Made by a program: the position numbers and the translations under genes. From positions 124,001 through 188,000 of the forward strand of contig JASANG010000932.1 in assembly GCA_030248215.1 (NCBI GenBank): DNA of 64,000 nucleotides, given 5' to 3'. Shown in pieces: positions 51,666 through 64,000 of the stretch (position 1 is its first letter; each line of letters begins with the position of its first letter). This stretch comes from Enoplolaimus lenunculus (Eukaryota). The notes below the pieces were generated by a model. That model was not told where the DNA came from. It made no database searches and saw only the letters and a list, made by a program, of their open reading frames with translations.

Positions 51666-53604
51666 CAGGATTTTATCACAAGACCAGCCCATGTATAGAA
51701 CAGGGCCGGAACAGTAGGTATAAGCATATTCACAAGCCTAAACTTAACACTAAGCCGAAGCCTCGTAACCGTAAGGATGAGCCTATTCCTAAGCCTAAAA
51801 CCTAAGCCGGAAGCAATAAGCGTTAGTCTAAAGCTTAAACTGACTCTATTGCAGCCCCACAGAAACGATCCGGCCCTGTTCTATACATGGGTCGCAGGAC
51901 GGAATAGTTTTATTCGTATACCAGGGTTTCATGAGTGAGCGAATGTTGCGAGCGAAGTCATGTCTTTTTCACCTTTTCATTCCAAAATTTGAAAACAATT
52001 TCAGGCTATAATATAACCACTCTGACCTATGCTTAGATCAGGGCAGTTTATACAATAGTATAAGCATTTTCCTAAACCTATTCGTCTAAACCTACCGCTA
52101 TAGTGCACGAATAAGCTCACGCCTAACGCCTAAAACCATATCGAAAAAATAGTCAAAAGCTTAAGCTTTACTCTATTGAAGTCCAGTAGAAAAAACGTTC
52201 CGCCGTTAATCTTTACATGAACCACCACTTTATCGCTGTTTGGTTCATATCCGGGGTTTATTATTTGTGAAAACTTTAAATTTTGAATTAATACTTTTAT
52301 TGAAGTTGGGTTAAACTGTTGAACAAACTAACTTTATGATGTTATTATTGAGTTGAGTCTATTAACAAAGGTTGGTTTCATATTGTTTGTTAACAAAACT
52401 TTCTAGGTTCATTTTAGAAAATTTAAAAAATAGGCCAAAACTCGCGATTAGCTGTCTTAACTAAAATATAACTATACAACTGTAATTGTATTGTGGCATT
52501 GTTCTGCTATTTCATTTCATTTGTTTAGAAGTCATTTCACAGTGAACAGGAGTCTTTTTTGACGGCCGGAAGTCGGACGGCAGTGAAAACAACTTGCAAA
52601 AATTAAACGCAATTTGAGTACTAAATCTTAATTCAAAATTTTGGTTTTTTGCTGCTTTTAACGAATCTGCTTTTACACGAATCGGTTTCAGAGGCGGAAT
52701 CAAGCATTTTTCACGGAGGGACGGACTGGCAAATGTTATGAGACGCTATAATTGTAAGGTAGGGACCTCATCATTTTATAACCAAAAAATTTTCTGAGGG
52801 TGAAAAATGGTAAGGTAGGAGGAACCTTATCATTTTATAACCAAAAAATTTTCTAAGAGGAAAAATTGTAATGATTTATCACAAAAAATATCTGAGTGTA
52901 AAAATTGTATTTTTTTACAAAAAAGATATATAATGGAAAAATTGTAAAGTGCGAACCTTACTTACCTTACCATTTCGTCACAAAAAGTTCTGTCAGTGGA
53001 AGGCGTACGCCCTCCGCCATCCTTTGGATCTGCTAGTGATCAGTTTTTGTCTAAATTTAATACATATAACGGGTCTTAATACATTCGATGGGTGTAAAAA
53101 TAAAAACAATAATAAAATCTAAAAAAGGCGAAAATGCAACTATATATACATATATAATATATATTTTTGGAACCTTCTTGTAGAAGATTTCGTATATATT
53201 TCATACAATAAGGGTTAGAATGACCCTCAGGTGGCTTTTATTTCAACATCAAATGGTCGGTGATTGTTTTTCAATCATTTTTCCAAGGCACTAGAAAATG
53301 CCAAGAAACTGGCAAATCCTGATAGCCATATTGTACTGTAGTAACACGAATAAGAGGATATGAATGATGTTTATTTCGAATGTCCACCAGATCCGGACTG
53401 TTATTTGTTTTATGCCAGCCGTTTTCTACGATTCATTATATACTACTAGTTAGCTGGCTTTGCGCAATGCGCAGAAGTTAACGAATGCACAACAATCTGC
53501 ATGCAAATTTTTCTTTTCTGTAACTATTGTAAACACAGTATTGCCGGAGTGTTTCCCAAAATACGTATGTATGTGGGCCGTGTCAGTTTTAATTATATAG
53601 ATAG

Positions 53605-53998
53605 CAGGGTGCAACCGGAGCTGAAAAAATACCGGAGCCGGAGCCGGAGTTCAACGAAACTTGCCGGAGCCGGAGCCGTAGCCGGAGGTTTGGGGCGAAA
53701 TTAGGTAGTAAAAATAATGATTAATTAGTTAATTTTAGCCAATCCCTATCTGTAATATGTTGTTAAGTTTGTTTGGTTTTACGCTAATTTTCTGCGAAAT
53801 TTCGGAAATTCTTTCCTGAAAATTGTAACAAAACTGAAACAAAACGCGCTAAACAGATGAATTTTTCAAAATTATGTAAAATTTTACTACCGAAGTTGCC
53901 GGAACCTCCGGCAAAAATTCACCCAGAGCCGGAGCCGAACTCGGAGGCCGATTTTCTGCCGAAGCCGGAGCCGGACGCAGACCTCCGGTTGTACCCTG
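53605..53998. mobile_element. hAT-like MITE (GCCGGA-rich subfamily)
   Basis: CAGGGTGCAACCGGAG / CTCCGGTTGTACCCTG; TSD ATAGATAG. Related copies at 56897-57278 and about 25000-25263. Confidence 0.88.
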
Positions 53999-54336
53999 AT
54001 AGATAGAAATTAATATAGAAATGTTGTTTTGAAACTTAAAATTGTTACTATGAATGGCTCATATGCTGTACTGATCTTTCTTTGGTTCAGAAAATATGTA
54101 TACATTCTAATTAGGGTAATGGACGTCTATGGTCTCTAATAACTAATTTTGGGCTGTATCTTATTACGAACTCGAGCTAATGAAATAGACGTTTACAGAT
54201 TCAGAGTCAAAATATTGACCCTGGTTCCTATAACCTCCCTATTATTTGGGGCACTGCAACACAGAAGCTGATAAAAGAAAAATATTTCGACCCTTAGCTT
54301 CTTAACTGTCTGAAGGAAAAACATTAAGTATTGCAA

Positions 54337-54537
54337 CACTGCAAAAAAATGGTGAGTCAAATTGACTCTTTCCGAAATAGACTTTTACTGACTACACAAA
54401 CTGAGTCAAAATTTGACTCCGCTAGAGTCAAATTTGGATCAATTTGACGCTGACGGAGTCGAATTTTGGCTCAGTTTGCGTGACTGGAAAAGCCTATTTC
54501 GAATGAGAGTCAATTCGACTCATCATTTTCTGCAGTG
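54337..54537. mobile_element. Palindromic CACTG-terminal MITE (TGAGTCAAATT family)
   Basis: CACTGCAAAAAAATGGTGAGTCAAATTGACTCT...TTCTGCAGTG. Confidence 0.8.
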
Positions 54538-54683
54538 TAGTGATATGGACAAGTCCGAAAAACTGCGGGCGGTCATATGGCCCATTTGTAGAAAAGGGCC
54601 GGATCGTTTTTCGGTTAGGCTGTAATAAAGTCAGTTCAAGCTTTAGCCTAATATTTTTGCTTGGCTTAGGCTCAGACTTACTA

Positions 54684-54884
54684 CACTGCAAAAAATGGTG
54701 AGTCAAATTAACTCTCTCTGAAATAGGCTCTACGGGACAACACAAACTGAGTCAAATTAGACTCCGCCAGAGTCAAATTCGAATCACTTAGTCGCACGTT
54801 TCACTCTGGCAGAGTACTCAGTTTGTGTAGTCCCGAAGAGCCTATTTCGGATGGAGTCAATTTGACTCACCATTTTTTGCAGTG
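54684..54884. mobile_element. Palindromic CACTG-terminal MITE (TGAGTCAAATT family), nested in a TTAGGC-MITE
   Basis: Long TIR CACTGCAAAAAATGGTGAGTCAAATT; TA flanks. Other copies at 46673-46830, 48611-48767, 50161-50375, 54337-54537; fragments near 6065-6230 and 34600-34660. Confidence 0.85.
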
Positions 54885-55119
54885 TAGTCGGCTCATAGTT
54901 ACGCTTAGGCTTAGGCTTAGGAATATGCTTATACTACTGTTCCGGCCCTGTTCTATACATGGGTCATATATTAGAATTCTACACACATTGAAAACTAATT
55001 GCTAACTGGTGATAGACCTTTTAACCTTCCGCTAACAAGTATTACCAAGTAGAAAGGCAAAATGTTGTCCATCAAACGCAACGAAAAATATTCTAAAACA
55101 TTGAATTCTAATACAGTTT

Positions 55120-55447
55120 TATAAAAGTCGACCCACAGGTTTATAAAACGTCGACCCACAGGTATAGAAAACGTCGACCCACAGGTTTAGAAAACGTCGA
55201 CCCACAGTTTTATAAAACATCGACCCACAGGTATAGAAAATGTCGACCCACAGGTATAGAAAACGTCGACCCACAGGTTTAGAAAACGTCGACCCACAGT
55301 TTTATAAAACGTCGACCCACAGGTATAGAAAATGTCGACCCACAGGTATAGAAAACGTCGACCAACAGGTTTAGAAAACGTGGACCCACACTTTTCTAAA
55401 ACATCGACCCACAGGTTTAGAAAACGTCCACCCACAGGTTTAGAAAC
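55120..55447. repeat. 23-bp minisatellite (TCGACCCACAGGTWTAGAAAACG), about 14 copies
   Basis: Direct inspection. Confidence 0.95.
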
Positions 55448-56202
55448 CGACAATCCACCGTATTTACGACCCTGCCTGTACACATTAATATCTACTAAAA
55501 CGCGTCTCAATAAATGCTTTTAAGGCTCAAACTTAAGCTTGCTCAACTTTATTTTGTAATTATCTTAAATATCAGTTTACCAGCGATCACCTGTAGTACC
55601 AGCATCGCGAATTGTACCAGCGAAGGCAATTAGCATAATGGCTGTTATTAAACGGTGTATTAATTTCAAAAGTTTCATAAGCTTACACCCCATTTGATAG
55701 AGTGGAGATTGTTTTGCGATACCAGATCAAAAAATCACTGGTCTATCTGGCATGTAAAGTTGTTCTTAAAAACCCAAACCTAAAGTATTGAAAATGGGTT
55801 ACGTGATCATAATTTGGGCCAGGATCGATGTATGGGGAGATGCGATCCAATTGCTGGACCGACACCAGTCGTACAGGAATTATTGTATTGGCAACGGTTG
55901 ATTTGAAGCTCGCAATGGGTCGGCCATAATTGTGTAACTAAGACTAACGGTTATATTGATGGTACAACTGGCCACTGTAAAGAACAGTGGCGGAACAGTA
56001 TTATAAGCATATTGCTAAGCCTAAGCCTAAGCCTAAGCCTAAGTTAATCAAAAAATTAGTCTAAAGTTTAAGCTTACTCTATTTTAGTCCGACAGAAAAT
56101 CTATCTGTCCCTGATCTTTACATGGGCCGTAAGAAAGTTGTAAAATACAACGTATATATTTGTAAGATTTTGAAACACGAAAGCGTTAGTCTAATCGTTT
56201 TA

Positions 56203-56494
56203 GGGTTGCGCTATACTTTTGTTGACGTCCGGCGTCAATCACCCGTACACCGCCGTCCGTCACCGTCCATCACCCGTACGGAGTCGTCCGCCACCCACGG
56301 TGCCGTACGAGTGACGGACGGCGCCGTACGAGTGACGGACAGCGCCGTACGAGTGACGGACGGCGCCGTACGAGTGACGGACGGTGCCGTACGAGTGACG
56401 GACGGCGCCGTACGAGTGACGCACGGTGACGGATGGTGCCGGACTATACCGCACAGGTGACGGACGGCACCAGACGTCAAGTATAGCGCAACCC
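56203..56494. mobile_element. PIF/Harbinger (Tourist)-like MITE with internal 21-bp tandem repeat
   Basis: TIR GGGTTGCGCTATACTT / AAGTATAGCGCAACCC; flanks TTA/TTG; about 7 copies of GCCGTACGAGTGACGGACGGC. Confidence 0.75.
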
Positions 56495-56896
56495 TTGCTA
56501 TAATTCATTAATAAGCAATGACTGGGTTTCTGAAACCCTACTTAACTGCGGCTAATAGGATATGTGCTAAGGAATTATTTAACCATTTGTCGTTTTAACA
56601 GCTTACTTAGGTTAAGTAACTATTTAACTCATCGCCTATATTCCATAGATTAGACTTACAGTTCACGCACATTAACAATGTCCTAACTAAAATAGTACAC
56701 CAGTGAAGCATCCTTAATACAACGCAAATCTGTGGCTTTCTTGATTATGACAATGGCTAACATTTGGCGTTATTTGGTTTTTGCTCATAAAGTTAAGTAT
56801 TTACGACTTATTAAAAGTAATTAAGAATACAAAGCAAATACTTCAATAACATTTCAGAAATTCAGCCAATGTCTTCACCTGACTACGTATATATAT

Positions 56897-57278
56897 CAGT
56901 TTGCAACCGGAGGTGAAAAATGCCGGAGCCGGAGCCGGAGCCGGACGTCAACGAAACTTGCTGGAGCCGGAGCTGGAGCCGGAGATGAGGCGAAATTAGA
57001 TAGTAAAAATGATGGTTAATAAGGTAATTTTAGCCAATATCTGCAATATGCTGTTAAGTTGTTTGGTTTTACGCTAATTTCATGGCAAAATTTCGGAAAT
57101 TCTTTCTTTAAAATTGTGACATATGTTAAAACGATACGCGCTAAACAGATAAATTTTGCAAAATTATGCAAAATTTTACTGCCGAAATTGCCTGAACCTT
57201 CGGCAAAAATTCTACCGGAGCCGGAGTCCGATTTGTTGCCGGAGCCAGAGCCGTGGGTAGACGTCCGGATATACCCTG
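56897..57278. mobile_element. hAT-like MITE (GCCGGA-rich subfamily), diverged copy
   Basis: Collinear with 53605-53998; ends ATACCCTG. Confidence 0.75.
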
Positions 57279-58556
57279 CTAAATATCAATTATCCTAGCG
57301 CTAGCATCGGCCGGGGTTCCTGTCTCAGGCAACGCCTTCACCAACGACAGGTTTTCACATATAAGTGCTAGCGTTTTTTTTCAGTTGGCAACCGCCGATT
57401 CTAAAGTTTAATATAACCCTACATCGAGTTTTACGAGAACAAGCTAGTTTCGTTTAATCTCCTCTATCCATTTCTACCGGTGTTTCTAACTGGTGCATCT
57501 AAAATTTATCTAACGTTCCCTCGAGGGTGACTGTTTCAATTGATTTCGGCTGTTCAAAGCGAGTAGTTGTTCAACTGAACCGAAAATACGTGTGTTGGGT
57601 ACTCAAACTTTATCTTATTTGACTAGTTTTTTATTAGCAAAAAAGTTCCGTAGCATACGACAGTGAATGCAAAATGAGAATTTTACTCATTTTATTGTTA
57701 AATGTTACTCGTACTGGCGTGGGACGCTATCCTTTTGATGACGTCCAGTACAGTCCGTCGCCGTCCGTCGGCTGTAGTCCGTCATCGTCCGGCGCAGTCC
57801 ATCATGTGTGTGACCGTGCGGTAACCGTACTCGTATAAACTCATGTACGATGCCGTACGGTGACGGACGGGCTAAGACGGCGTCCGACGGCTTTGTAAGA
57901 CGCCGCTCGACAAGTAATAGCGCCACCTTAACAGTAGCCTAAGCGTATGCCTAAAGCCTAAACCTAAAAGACAAAATTAGTCCAAAAATAGGTTTAGACT
58001 CGATTCCAGTTACGTAGGAAACTGGATGTCCTCAACATAGACTCTTTTTCTATAGGCAGAAGTATAATATAGTCCGTTTGGAACAAGATTACTGATTAAT
58101 TTTTACCCTGTAGAATCGGCTTTTATGTTATGATTTATTCTTTTTTGCAAAACATGATAGCAATATTGGGCTTTCCTGTCACAAACTTCTATAGCTGAGT
58201 GGTGATGTTAAACGCCTCCCATCTTAGTGTTCCGAATTCAAATGATGAACTTAAAATTCGGTTTCCGTTTCAATCGCATAAATTAATACGAAGAAGGGTT
58301 AATTTTACTAGTAGCGCCTTACAGAGCGGTACAGGAACGCGTTACGTTGGTGAAACTGCGACGCCTATAAATTGGAAATTTCTACTAAAAAATGGCCAAA
58401 AATACGTGACTTGTTTTTATAAATATTAATATTTCGAATATGAATATTTGCAAATTGAGGAAAAAATGCCTATTTTAGTTTCAACCGAAGTATTAACTTA
58501 AAGTTCACATAGTCACAGTTACACGAGCGTAACCAGGTTTACACCATGCGGGTACT

Positions 58557-58757
58557 GGCCCATGTAAAGATCAGGGGCGGAACGTTTTTGTGCGGGACTA
58601 GAAAAGAGTAAGCTTAAAGCTTTAGACAATTTTTTGCTTGCATTACGCCTAGGCTTAGGCTTAGGCTTAGGAATATGCTCATTCTTACGCATAGGCTTAG
58701 GCTTAGGCATAGGAATATGCTTATAAAACTGTTCCTCCCCTGTTCTTTACGTTGGCC
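58557..58757. mobile_element. MITE containing telomere-like TTAGGC repeats
   Basis: GGCCCATGTAAAGA...TCTTTACGTTGGCC with internal (TTAGGC)n. Related copies at about 24080-24223, 25687-25860, 51687-51893, 52030-52220, 54579-54964, 55970-56128 and 58940-59181; fragments at 28140-28578 and 30500-30578. Confidence 0.75.
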
Positions 58758-60256
58758 AATTTTCGCACCATTAAAATTTGAGCGCAAAATGATCACGGAA
58801 GGTCATGAGAAGCTGAAATATGCAAAAATTTTCAAAATCAAACCATTGTTAGGTAAACGCAGGCTTCGGGGAGATAACGGAAAACCCCCCAATAAACAAC
58901 CAAGAACTTTTCTACCAATAATACAATAAAATCATTTCAATTTTTCAGACAATTTTTTTAGCTTGCATTACGCCTAGGCTTAGGCTTAGGCTTAGGAATA
59001 TTTAGCTTAGGTAGAGGTTTATAGGTGAAGGTGCGAGCGGCGGGGCCAAAAAAGGGGGAACCATCCCAGCATCCGCCAAAAGCATTCCTAAGCTTAAGCA
59101 TAAGCATTAGAACGCTTAGGCTTAGGCATAGGAATATGCTTATCACAGAAAAACGTTCCGACCCTGATCTTTACTTGGGCCAGAAAATTCAATTTTTTAA
59201 GCCGAGATACGGTGATTTTTAATGAAATCCTAGGGGGTTATACTCCGTACCTTCGCGTTTTTATCGAAAAGTTTGACAAGTTATATGCCATTAAGTGCAG
59301 CTGGCGGAGCAGAGTCCAATGGTGTTAAATTTTTTCAAATCACTAGGTTATTTAATGAGTTATTGTTAAATAACTCGAGACGTGCCCTATATGCTGGGGC
59401 GCTAAAAACACTGGTGTAAGAAACCTCACGAGCGAAGCGAACCAGAAGCCAAATACAATTTTTTAACAATTAATTATACTTTTTCCAATTTATGTTATTC
59501 AAAATTTTCTAACTTAAAAAATGGGAGTGGCCGACTCGTCTGCCCGACTCCTGTACCCCAGCAGTCCACCACACTGGAGCTCAAAATACTGAGCGGTGCC
59601 GAGATGAGTTCAAGTAGTCTCCATCATAAAAATGACGTTTTCTACGCAACGTGGATGATTTACTCTTTGACGATGACGTCATTTTAAAACGTAAAATTTG
59701 GTTTTTGCATAGTTCGACCCCCAGGCCCGGTGGCCAGCGCACCTTCCTAGCGGGCTAAAACTTTTTTTTGCAGGAGGGATATACAAAGATTTTCGTTGAC
59801 TTAAAAAATTGAAAATTTTCTGCGAGGGGCCAAAATTATTTCAGGGGTGGTCATGAGCTCCACCCCCCAACACCCATTTCGCTACAGGACCGCCTTCAAC
59901 TCGAGCCCTGAGATGAAAAACATACTTTAAAGTAAACAGATTCAACGCAACTTATAAAAATTCAATTTTGTATCCTAAATTTAACATCGTTCAAATATTA
60001 TTTGACGTTTGAGATGTAGACTTTTTATTCGAGTTGGAGTTGAGATTGAATTGCTTATTTTGGATCCCTTGGGACTATTATATATTACCGGAAAACATCA
60101 ATTATACAGATTCCGTGTTTAGTTTTGCGTTCAACTATAAAGTATATTCATTGGCGCCGGCGTATCCAAAGACGTCCTTGTAAACCTGATAGTCTACTGC
60201 CGTTAACTGCAACCTGTATACGCGCAATCGCAATGTACATTGTTTAGCAATTATTA

Positions 60257-60697
60257 CTGTGGTGACCCGAATAAGAGGGGGACTGATATTTATTTGGCCT
60301 CTTTTGAAGGTACCGCCTGTTATTCGGTTCCGGACTGTTATTATTTTTAACCCACGCTCCGCCACCCTTCGTTCTTGATATATATTTGGTATAGCAACTA
60401 TCCGTTGAATTAAGCGTTTATTTGTGTTGTGTCAATAGCTTGAGCGATAGTGCAAGGTTACACTTAGCAATGTACTTTCAAAACTTCATGGTTTAAAGTT
60501 TCGTACTCAACTTTATTTGGTCCTAGAGTCATTCATGCACTACAATTTGGGATAATTGACATTTATGTACTCTAATTAGGGCTCAGGGACTCTATCCGCT
60601 GACGGACTCTTATTAGGGATACGGACTCCTATTGATCGGGACTGAAAATGGGGACTCTCTTTTATTACCCCACAGCGTTTTATTCGAGTCACTACAG
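60257..60697. mobile_element. TA-flanked MITE of about 440 bp (Tc1/mariner-like)
   Basis: TA|CTGTGGTGACCCGAATAA...TTATTCGAGTCACTACAG|TA. Second copy at 48865-49315; fragments at 47570-47812 and about 53337. Confidence 0.75.
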
Positions 60698-61169
60698 TAT
60701 ACGTTTGTATCAATACAAAATATCTACAAGACATGATGACCCCCTCGGTCTCGAGCGTTGAGCTTCTTACACCTGAATGGTGATCTTGAACAGTTCCCAC
60801 CCGAGAGAAAATTCCGTTCTTAGCATAACGTTTTCTATACATCTTTCAGAAATGAAATACTGTTTACGCGTAAGCGGCTGCTATTATGCATATTTCATAA
60901 TTAATTGTTAGCAGGGGTGTTTTTTGGGCCTAAGCCCATCACCGTCACCCCGGTTCCGGCCCGCGAGGGCTCGGGTGCACAAATTTCATATTTTTTGGAG
61001 CACAAAGCGATACATCAAATGGTAATGTGGTTGCAAATCAAGTAGGCTTTACAGTCACCTACGGATTGATCTGAAAATTGTTTTTAAATAAGATTTTACG
61101 CTCTTCGAACTGAAATCCAACGTTTCGGGAGCGCCTGGCTTTTTGGTGATATTTATAACCAAACATTAA

Positions 61170-61600
61170 AGGTTGCGCTATACTCACCCCACCGTCGTCG
61201 GACATCGCTGCACTGTCAATTTCAGTGAGTTGATTTTAAATCAGAATGAGCTGAATCACTTAGTATGAGTAAGGACTGTCAGAACTCAGAATTTTGAGTT
61301 GATTCAATTAATTCTTCTGAGTTAATTAATCAACTCACCCAGAGTCAACTCAATATTCAGAGTGGGAATCAACTCAACTGAGAGTGAGTAATGTTTACTG
61401 ATATTATAATTCAGAAATAACCCACTCGCTAGCTGAACTGATTAATCAACTCATTGGAATTTACAGTGCGCACGCTGCCTGATGCCGAAAACTTGTTACA
61501 AACGACCCGCACACCACCTAACTGAATTATGTGTATATATTTGTTAGCAACGCATAGCGGCGTCCGGCGGAGTGTGGCACAGTAAAGTACAGCGCAACCC
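61170..61600. mobile_element. Tourist-like MITE carrying a nested CACTG MITE (61211-61468)
   Basis: TAA|AGGTTGCGCTATACT...AGTACAGCGCAACCC|TAA. Confidence 0.75.
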
Positions 61601-62071
61601 TAAAGGCTTTCTGTGATGTCAGAGTTTAACGTTTTTGAATAATTTAAAATCTTAAAATCACGACTTTAAAATTTTAAACATTTCACTATTTCACATTTTT
61701 ATTCGGTTTCGTTGAATTATGGACAGCGTCAAAAACTGGGTCAAAAATTGCATTCTTTTTGACAGACTGTACCCAGCTGCTGGTATATTAATGTTAATAT
61801 GATTTTTTGGAATATATTTTTTCGTACAAATTTCGTGTCAAATTTTAAACATTTTATACTCAAAATCGCCCAATCGCTCAAGTGGCACGGTATTTTTAAT
61901 CATTGAACGACATCAAATAATATAAAATAATCTTATTTTTTGTCATTTTTTCGTTCAGAGAGAAATTAAGACATTTTTCAACTATAACACTTGTTAGAAA
62001 TTTAGTTTAAAATGAACCATGTCAATTAAGTATGATTTGTGTCAATAACTGCCAATTTGTTTCAGTTAACG

Positions 62072-62319
62072 CACTTGTAAATTCCAGTGAGTTGATGTTA
62101 AACTCAAAATAAGATGAATCTACTCAGAAGCCAGAGCTGTGAGTATTTCTGAACTTAAAATTCTGAATTGGTTGAAATCATTTTGGGTTATTTAATCAAC
62201 TCATCCGGGATTAAATGAGCTCAGAGCGAGTTGATATTTACTGTGATTAACTGAGAAATAACCAGAAATGACTAATTTGTTTTCTGAGTTGATTGATCAT
62301 GTCATTGGAATTTACAGTG
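62072..62319. mobile_element. CMC-like MITE, CACTGTAAAT TIR
   Basis: Same family, diverged; ends GGAATTTACAGTG. Confidence 0.7.
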
Positions 62320-64000
62320 GCGTCTTGCACTTAAAACAGAAGCAATTTTTTTCAAAGTTACTAAAGAGAACTGGTTAATGTTCATTTTGTGCCAAACAGT
62401 TTCCGATAAAGTTAAAACTTTGAAAAATTCACAGACCTGAAAAATAAATTTCAAGATTTATTTAAACTTTACCTCGAAGCATTCAAGTTTCCATTAAGCC
62501 TTAAGCTCCGTTCACACGTGCCAGTTTTTGCAGCGAGAACTCGTAGTTGCAACTACACGAAATAGTTGCATGCTGCAAGTATTTTCAAAGGAACATTAAG
62601 ATTAACCAATCAAACTGCTGGTGTAAGAAATTCAACCGATTTGCAACTGCGTTCACAGGTGCGAATTAAATTCAATCGCGCGAATTCCAGTGAATAATTT
62701 GCAGCTGCAATAAGATAAAAGCTGTTTTGTGACCAAACATGCATATGCAAGTTGGATGTGCAAGATTTTGCAGCAAATATTTGAACGTGTGAATAGGGCT
62801 TTATACTACTAAACAACAATTTTTAACAAATTATTGCGTTGGCCACTATTATAGCCATAACTGTAGATTGAGTGTATTCCTCAACCTTAAGCTTAAATCT
62901 AAATGTTGAAAAAAAGTGTAAACCTAAGCTTACGTTTGAGCAAAAAAATATAGCCTATAATCTAAGCCTGGTCTTTAGCAGTTCCACCAAATAAACAGGT
63001 CGGCGCTAAAAGTTCAACTGCACATTTCTTTATGGTTTCGGCGCAATTTGTCACACAAGATCTAATTCAGAAACCGTACCAACATATTGTTCCAATTCCA
63101 AAGAAAAATATAACCTCTATAGGAACACGAAGAATGTGGGCAAACGGAATTAGGCATATTTTTACTGTCGTTCAGATAGCCGCGAAAAGATTTCGATTTA
63201 GCATAAAATTTCAGGAGTCTAATACATATTTTTCTCTCATTCGGTTAAAACAGTTTAAAAATTGAACTTTTTCAACATCATCTGGTTTCAAGATTCCCAT
63301 GAAAATTCTAAGTGTATAAAAATTAGCAAATATTTACCCACACTCTGAAAATTTTGCGTACCTGCAGGTGTCAAAATTTTCGAACCCGGCTCGCGTCTAC
63401 CCGCGGGTACCCGCAGGTAGCATGCAGTTCTGGTCTACAGGGCTGTCTTGTGGTCGAGCGTAGCACCTAAACTCGCCGACTGCGTTCAACACTTCGTTTC
63501 AATTGAAGTTTCAACTGAACACGAATAAATTCAAACTAAAAAAGGTTAATCCATTCAGTTTTCTTGCTCTGTGATGACTTTGAGAGAATGTTTAATTAAC
63601 AAATGTCAAGGTTTTGCAGTATCTTTTGAAAGGCATGTGTTCAGGCACGTACCCAGCTCACCTTGCTAGGGTGGTTGGCTAAAAAAAAATTTTCAGGAGG
63701 GGCATTCAAGGATTTTCAATGAGTTACAAACAGAGTTGAAAATTTTCTTGGGGGATACAAGATTTTTCCAGGGGGGCTGAGCCCCACCTGCCCCCCTGAT
63801 TGGCTACGGGCCCGTATGTTTTACCAGGCGATAGAGTGTTTTCTTAATTTACGCTTGTTTATTCTTTGTCCAATCTGGACACTTGGTATATAATCTACAA
63901 CTCAATCTTAAACTCTGAAATTCACGGTTTTGAATTTCTGGCAAACAGCGATTCGCTCAACGGTGTGCAGCATCTATCGCCAGTTTGCAATAAACCCTCA

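Noticed and set aside
55120..56508. Repeat-peptide ORFs and CRISPR-like periodicity in the 23-bp and 21-bp arrays
   Set aside because: Pure tandem repeats without unique spacers; eukaryotic context, no cas genes.

Overview
AT-rich, intron-rich eukaryotic genomic DNA. It is most likely from a nematode; this is an inference from TTTCAG-type acceptors and TTAGGC hexamer repeats. I reconstructed three genes by hand with phase-consistent exons: RPL15 (minus, 4 coding exons, 204 aa), Cullin-5 (plus, 19 exons, 833 aa) and an unusually long shugoshin (minus, at least 10 exons, at least 1262 aa, 5' end unresolved). A fourth, uncharacterised multi-exon gene probably lies at about 29.8-33.4 kb (minus). 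The rest, especially 44-64 kb, is a dense mosaic of non-autonomous DNA transposons (hAT-, CMC-, PIF/Harbinger-, Tc1-like MITEs and a Helentron-like element) and minisatellites. The most notable items are a cluster of hairpin-rich, head-to-tail repeats carrying an internal tRNA-like Pol III cassette between the divergent RPL15 and CUL5 genes, and two candidate CUL5 microexons (12 nt in-frame, 13 nt frameshifting). No database searches or folding programs were run.
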